This document shows, one piece after another, positions 8,043-11,739 of a stretch of DNA of 11,739 nucleotides. A program made the translations under genes and the position numbers. The notes beneath the pieces are model-generated. The model searched no databases, was not told the DNA's origin, and saw only the letters and a list, made by a program, of their open reading frames with translations. This stretch comes from Pseudobdellovibrionaceae bacterium (GTDB lineage: Bacteria; Bdellovibrionota; Bdellovibrionia; Bdellovibrionales; Bdellovibrionaceae). Position 1 is the first letter of the stretch. Every line of letters begins with the position of its first letter. The DNA is taken from positions 1 through 11,739 of the forward strand of contig JBDHWW010000075.1 of the NCBI GenBank assembly GCA_039810425.1. The letters are read 5' to 3'.

Positions 8043-8668
8043 TTTTTCTCCTTCAAAGTTTGCAAAAGGATTTTAAGCATTTCTTCCGTCGAAGAGCGCG
8101 CATCCAGTACCACCCATGCGGCCGGATCGGCTTTCGCCTGTTTCAGAAAGGAATCCCGCACGAGTTGATGGAAAGAATCCTTTTCAGACTCGATGCGATC
8201 CGCGCCTTCGCCGGTCAGTGAGGTTCGCTGCGCTTGGCGCTGACGTGACTCCGCCACCGTCAGATCTAATAATACCGTCAAATCGGCTTGGAGGCCACCA
8301 GTCGCAAAAGTGTTGAGCATCACGACGTCCTCTTCACGAATCGCCCGGCCGGCCGCCTGAAACGCCACCGAGCTCGCGGCAAAGCGATCGCTTAAAACCC
8401 AGACGCCTTCAGCCAGCTTTGGTTTGATGACTTCATCGACGTGTTGAGCGCGGCTGACTTCGTACAAAAGCAACTCCGCACGGGGAACTGGCACCGTGCC
8501 GTCTTGTTTGCGTAAAATCATATTTCGGACCTCATCGCCCAAAGGAGTGCCGCCGGGTTCACGAGTACGATGGAATGCAATCCCATTCTTGGAAAGCTCT
8601 GCTTCCAAGGCGCGCATCAGTGAACTTTTTCCAGAGCCATCAAGGCCTTCAAATACAAGAAATGCCAT
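8027..8668 (-). CDS. tmk: Thymidylate kinase
   Basis: FEGLDGSGKS P-loop, TREPGGT, DRF and DRIE motifs; overlaps the holB start by 16 bp. Confidence 0.96.
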   Translation of the reverse strand: MAFLVFEGLDGSGKSSLMRALEAELSKNGIAFHRTREPGGTPLGDEVRNMILRKQDGTVPVPRAELLLYEVSRAQHVDEVIKPKLAEGVWVLSDRFAASSVAFQAAGRAIREEDVVMLNTFATGGLQADLTVLLDLTVAESRQRQAQRTSLTGEGADRIESEKDSFHQLVRDSFLKQAKADPAAWVVLDARSSTEEMLKILLQTLKEKKWLVS

Positions 8669-8674
8669 GGAATT

Positions 8675-8704
8675 CTTATGACAGGCCGTCTATCCGGGTG
8701 TCAA
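8675..8704 (-). promoter_or_regulatory. Putative sigma70 promoter of the tmk operon (probably leaderless)
   Basis: Perfect TTGACA (8699-8704), 18-nt spacer, CATAAG (8675-8680), 6 nt before the tmk ATG; no Shine-Dalgarno. Confidence 0.5.
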
Positions 8705-8751
8705 AGTTATAACTTATGCTTCGCATCATAACCCGAGGCACTGATTTTAGA

Positions 8752-8781
8752 TGGACTTTTTGACCGCCTATTCAGTAGAGT
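8752..8781 (+). promoter_or_regulatory. Putative sigma70 promoter of secG
   Basis: TGGACT-18 nt-TAGAGT upstream of the secG RBS. Confidence 0.4.
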
Positions 8782-8807
8782 GGCCCCCTTTAGGAGACTC
8801 AAAAATC

Positions 8808-9191
8808 ATGACTACTTTCATTGCGACTTTGCACATCCTTGTAGCACTTATTCTTGTTGGCTTGGTTTTGATCCAAGACTCTAAAGGCGGCGGCGCTCTC
8901 GGTATGGGCGGTGGCGGCGGTTCCAACTCCGTTTTGGGTGCAACTGGCGCTAGTACTTTGGCGGCAAAAATGACTCGTATCGTAGCGATCATCTTCGCCC
9001 TGACCTCCATCGGCTTGTCGATTCTTTCTTCGCAGCAGTCTAAGTCTATTTTGGACAAATTACCTGCGGCGTCTGCAGCTCCTACAACGCCAGCGGCAGC
9101 ACCGGCGAACGCAGCTCCTGTTGAAAATGCACCTGCGACGTCCGCTCCAGCAACTGCGGCCCCTGCAGCTCCAGCCAATCCTGTAAAATAA
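8808..9191 (+). CDS. secG: Preprotein translocase subunit SecG with Ala/Pro-rich C-terminal tail
   Basis: Two hydrophobic helices flank LIQDSKGGG..G..GA; AGGAGA RBS at 8792-8797 precedes ATG 8808. Confidence 0.93.
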   Translation: MTTFIATLHILVALILVGLVLIQDSKGGGALGMGGGGGSNSVLGATGASTLAAKMTRIVAIIFALTSIGLSILSSQQSKSILDKLPAASAAPTTPAAAPANAAPVENAPATSAPATAAPAAPANPVK

Positions 9192-9193
9192 TC

Positions 9194-9222
9194 CTGTCCA
9201 CGCCTCGGTTCTTCGCTATAAT
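9194..9222 (+). promoter_or_regulatory. Putative promoter for the 9232 gene
   Basis: Perfect TATAAT at 9217-9222, 9 nt before the ATG; weak -35 (CTGTCC); no Shine-Dalgarno. Confidence 0.45.
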
Positions 9223-9231
9223 CTTTAACTT

Positions 9232-10035
9232 ATGGCGAAGAACAAGTGGTTTATACCTTCTCTTATTATTGCTGGTTTGTTTTTCATGAGCCTTTCCTGG
9301 TTTATGTCAGCCCGCCTTGAAAGTCGGTCTTCGGGTCTTAAAGTTCTCGCCCGCATCGTCTACAACTCCGGCGAAGTTTACGTTCTCCATAAAAATATGA
9401 CTGAAAAAGAAACTCTACAAAAGAGTACCTCTTTGTATTTCCTCGACACCGTTGAAACCGGTCCGAATGGCGACGCCACCTTTGAAATGGAAGGCGGTTA
9501 TCGCCTGCGTGTCCTCGACAATGCGCTCATCACTCTTGATCAAGAGGGCGAGAAAGCAATTCTGATTTTAAAACGGGGCGATGTTCAGATCGAGGCTTTG
9601 GGCCGTGACAACTCTGTGTTGATTTCTAAGAATGGCCTGCGCATGACGTTGGGTGAATACGAAAGCCAGCTCCGCAAAGAAAATGCCGCTGCAGGATTTC
9701 CAGAGATGGCTCCGCTTGTTGCCGAGAGCCCGCCGCCACCGTCTGCCGGCGACAGCTTGAGTTCCGATTATATCCAAGACACTTTAAAGCGCCAAATTCC
9801 CGCTTTTGATAAATGCTTTAAGCAGCTCTTGCAGCGTACTCCAGGCGTCGTTGGCCAGGTCGTTATGACTTTCACGATTGAAAGAAGCGGCAAGATCGCC
9901 AGCGCTGATGCGACGACGTCGACTATTGACAATGCCGAGTTCAAACATTGTTTGAGCGAAGCCCTTCGCCGCGTAGAATTTAAATCCTTCCGCGGCGATC
10001 CGATAACCAGCACCTTCCCACTGGGCTTTGAATAA
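9232..10035 (+). CDS. Single-pass membrane protein with a FecR-like beta region and C-terminal AgmX/PglI (TonB-C-like) domain
   Basis: N-terminal TM helix; DTVETGPNGDA..F..G..LRVLDNA FecR-like pattern; Pro linker; C-terminal FDKCF..LQRTPG..GQV.MTFTI.RSG.I...C....RVEF....G......FP pattern. Domain calls are by recognition only. Confidence 0.72.
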   Translation: MAKNKWFIPSLIIAGLFFMSLSWFMSARLESRSSGLKVLARIVYNSGEVYVLHKNMTEKETLQKSTSLYFLDTVETGPNGDATFEMEGGYRLRVLDNALITLDQEGEKAILILKRGDVQIEALGRDNSVLISKNGLRMTLGEYESQLRKENAAAGFPEMAPLVAESPPPPSAGDSLSSDYIQDTLKRQIPAFDKCFKQLLQRTPGVVGQVVMTFTIERSGKIASADATTSTIDNAEFKHCLSEALRRVEFKSFRGDPITSTFPLGFE

Positions 10036-11586
10036 TTAGAATCCGTCGGTGCCTGTTGCTTTGAGCGGGCGGTCTTTCGCCGTGCTTGGAGCCGGCATTG
10101 GAATGACCTTCGCCGCAACTGTGGCTTTCGCCGCGGGGCTACCATTCCCGCCATACACCGCTTGTTCTAAGAGCGTGACGTTGTTTCTGAGATTTTCCGA
10201 TTGTGCCGAAAGTTCTTCCGCCGCCGCCGCTGTTTGTTCCGCCGCCGCCGCGTTTTGCTGAGTGGTCTGATCCATCTGATTCATCGCTTTACCGATTTGA
10301 CCAATGCCGTTGCTTTGTTCCTCGCTGGCTGTTGCAATTTCGTTATTGAGGTCCGCGACCTTTTTCACGGAATCCACGATCTCGGCAAACACGACACCAC
10401 CCTGGTTGGCTTGCTCACTGCCCAATTCGATTTTCGCGACACTGTTTTTGATGAGTTCGGCAATATCTTTTGCCGCTACGGAGCTGCGCTGGGCAAGGCT
10501 TCTAACCGCGTCGGCAACAACGGCAAAACCCTTACCTTGTTCACCGGCGCGAGCGGCCTCAACTGCAGCATTGAGCGCCAAGAGGTTGGTTTGAAATGCG
10601 ATATCGTCGATCACAGTCGTGATCTCTTCGATCTTTTTAGAATCCTCTGAAATGCTATGAATAGAACTGATCAGAGTCTTGATTTCAGCCTCACCTTTCA
10701 CCGCGATATCACGCGTACTGACGGCAAGGGCTGCGGCTTGCTTACCGTTTTCAGTATTCAAACGAACCATGGATGTGAGTTCTTCCATCGTCGCAACAGT
10801 TTCCTCTAGCGAAGACGCCTGCTCTGTGGCTGCTCCCGAAAGGCTTTGCGAAGACTCCGCGATTTGCGTTGAGGCCTGAGCCACTTGTTCCGAACCCAGT
10901 GAAAGATCTTTCGCCACAGCACTGATCGCCCGAGTAATATTGCGTGCGATCATAAAGCCGATTGCCAGCCCCGTGCACAAGCCGAAAAGAATCACGAAAA
11001 GCGCCACTTGATTGCCGGTCGCGGCGGTCGCATGCGCTTCTGTTTCACGGGCTTTTAAAACGCCTTGGTGGAATTCAATCAATGCCAAGATATTTTCAGT
11101 ATAGACTTTGGCCGCCTCTGGACAGTCTTTCAGAAAGATCGCCACCATTTTGGTATGCGCCTCTGGCGTGCCTTCTTTTTGCAATGCCAGGACCGATTGG
11201 CCGACCCCCTTGAAAGTCAGCCAGGACTCTCGAACTTTATCGAAAACTTCCTTTTGGCCAGGAACAAAGCCAAAAGCGATATATTCCGCTTCGACTCTTT
11301 CGTATTCCGATATCGAATCTAACGAGGACTTGACCGCCTCCGCAGCATCCGCCGGCGATAAACCTTGCAGGCCCAGAGTCCTGAGACGAATACGAGCCGC
11401 ACGATACTGCAACATCATTTCGTAACTAAGTTTGGTTTTTGGCACTACCTTGCTCAGAACAAAATCATAGTCGCTGCTAGTCCTTTGGTTGAAGTAGTAG
11501 GATGTGGATCCGACAATGACACTCATGCCGAGTAAAAATCCACATAACAATAATAGTTTGGTGTTCAAACTGAAACTTTTGTTCAT
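10036..11586 (-). CDS. Methyl-accepting chemotaxis protein (516 aa)
   Basis: TM1, periplasmic four-helix-bundle-like sensor, TM2, then signalling hairpin [32 protein letters not shown]-rich RBS precedes ATG 11586 (MNKSF). Confidence 0.95.
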   Translation of the reverse strand: MNKSFSLNTKLLLLCGFLLGMSVIVGSTSYYFNQRTSSDYDFVLSKVVPKTKLSYEMMLQYRAARIRLRTLGLQGLSPADAAEAVKSSLDSISEYERVEAEYIAFGFVPGQKEVFDKVRESWLTFKGVGQSVLALQKEGTPEAHTKMVAIFLKDCPEAAKVYTENILALIEFHQGVLKARETEAHATAATGNQVALFVILFGLCTGLAIGFMIARNITRAISAVAKDLSLGSEQVAQASTQIAESSQSLSGAATEQASSLEETVATMEELTSMVRLNTENGKQAAALAVSTRDIAVKGEAEIKTLISSIHSISEDSKKIEEITTVIDDIAFQTNLLALNAAVEAARAGEQGKGFAVVADAVRSLAQRSSVAAKDIAELIKNSVAKIELGSEQANQGGVVFAEIVDSVKKVADLNNEIATASEEQSNGIGQIGKAMNQMDQTTQQNAAAAEQTAAAAEELSAQSENLRNNVTLLEQAVYGGNGSPAAKATVAAKVIPMPAPSTAKDRPLKATGTDGF

Positions 11587-11679
11587 AAGCACTCTCTCTA
11601 AACGTTGTTTTGCAAAAAGTTGCACCTTCAAATATATGTTCGGTATCTTTCGTCATATTTTGTTAACATCCATATCCAC

Positions 11680-11708
11680 TTGACTGGCGTTAGCGTGCCA
11701 AGCTTAAT
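11680..11708 (+). promoter_or_regulatory. Putative promoter divergent from the MCP gene
   Basis: TTGACT-17 nt-CTTAAT, 9 nt before an ATG at 11718. Confidence 0.35.
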
Positions 11709-11717
11709 AGGCGCGAC

Positions 11718-11739
11718 ATGGAGTTCCCCAAAACCCTTC
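11718..11739 (+). CDS. Possible 5' end of a gene running off the window (MEFPKTL...)
   Basis: ATG with an open frame to the window end, behind a promoter-like sequence; too short to verify. Confidence 0.3.

Noticed and set aside
8700..8732. dif (XerCD) site
   Set aside because: GCATAA is present, but there is no XerD arm (TTATGTTAAAT) at 6-bp spacing.
10218..10251. GCC tandem repeats, and the Ala/Pro repeats at 9062-9185
   Set aside because: These encode poly-Ala in the MCP methylation helix and the SecG low-complexity tail; they are not a repeat element or CRISPR.
11685..11700. sigma54 promoter (TGGCACG on the minus strand)
   Set aside because: GG-to-GC spacing is 9 nt rather than the required 10.

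Overview
Mostly housekeeping chromosomal DNA; protein style and gene content suggest a Bdellovibrio-like (Bdellovibrionota) bacterium (inference). The minus strand carries tmk-holB-tatD-lipoprotein-PGAM5-like histidine phosphatase-TruC/RluA-family synthase, then gap-pgk-tpiA. A plus-strand pair (SAM methyltransferase, PPC/DUF296 protein) lies between these two blocks. To the right are secG and a membrane protein with a TonB-C/AgmX-like C-terminal domain (+), and a convergent chemoreceptor (-). I found no mobile element, CRISPR array, tRNA or rRNA, and no clearly new multi-gene system. The most notable points are: (i) tpiA and secG, normally adjacent and co-directional, are about 8.5 kb apart and face away from each other, as if the tmk..tpiA block had been inverted; (ii) the GAPDH lacks the NAD-specificity Asp32/Leu187 residues; (iii) a bacterial PGAM5-like phosphatase is coupled to a pseudouridine synthase; (iv) a three-hairpin candidate RNA lies downstream of tpiA.
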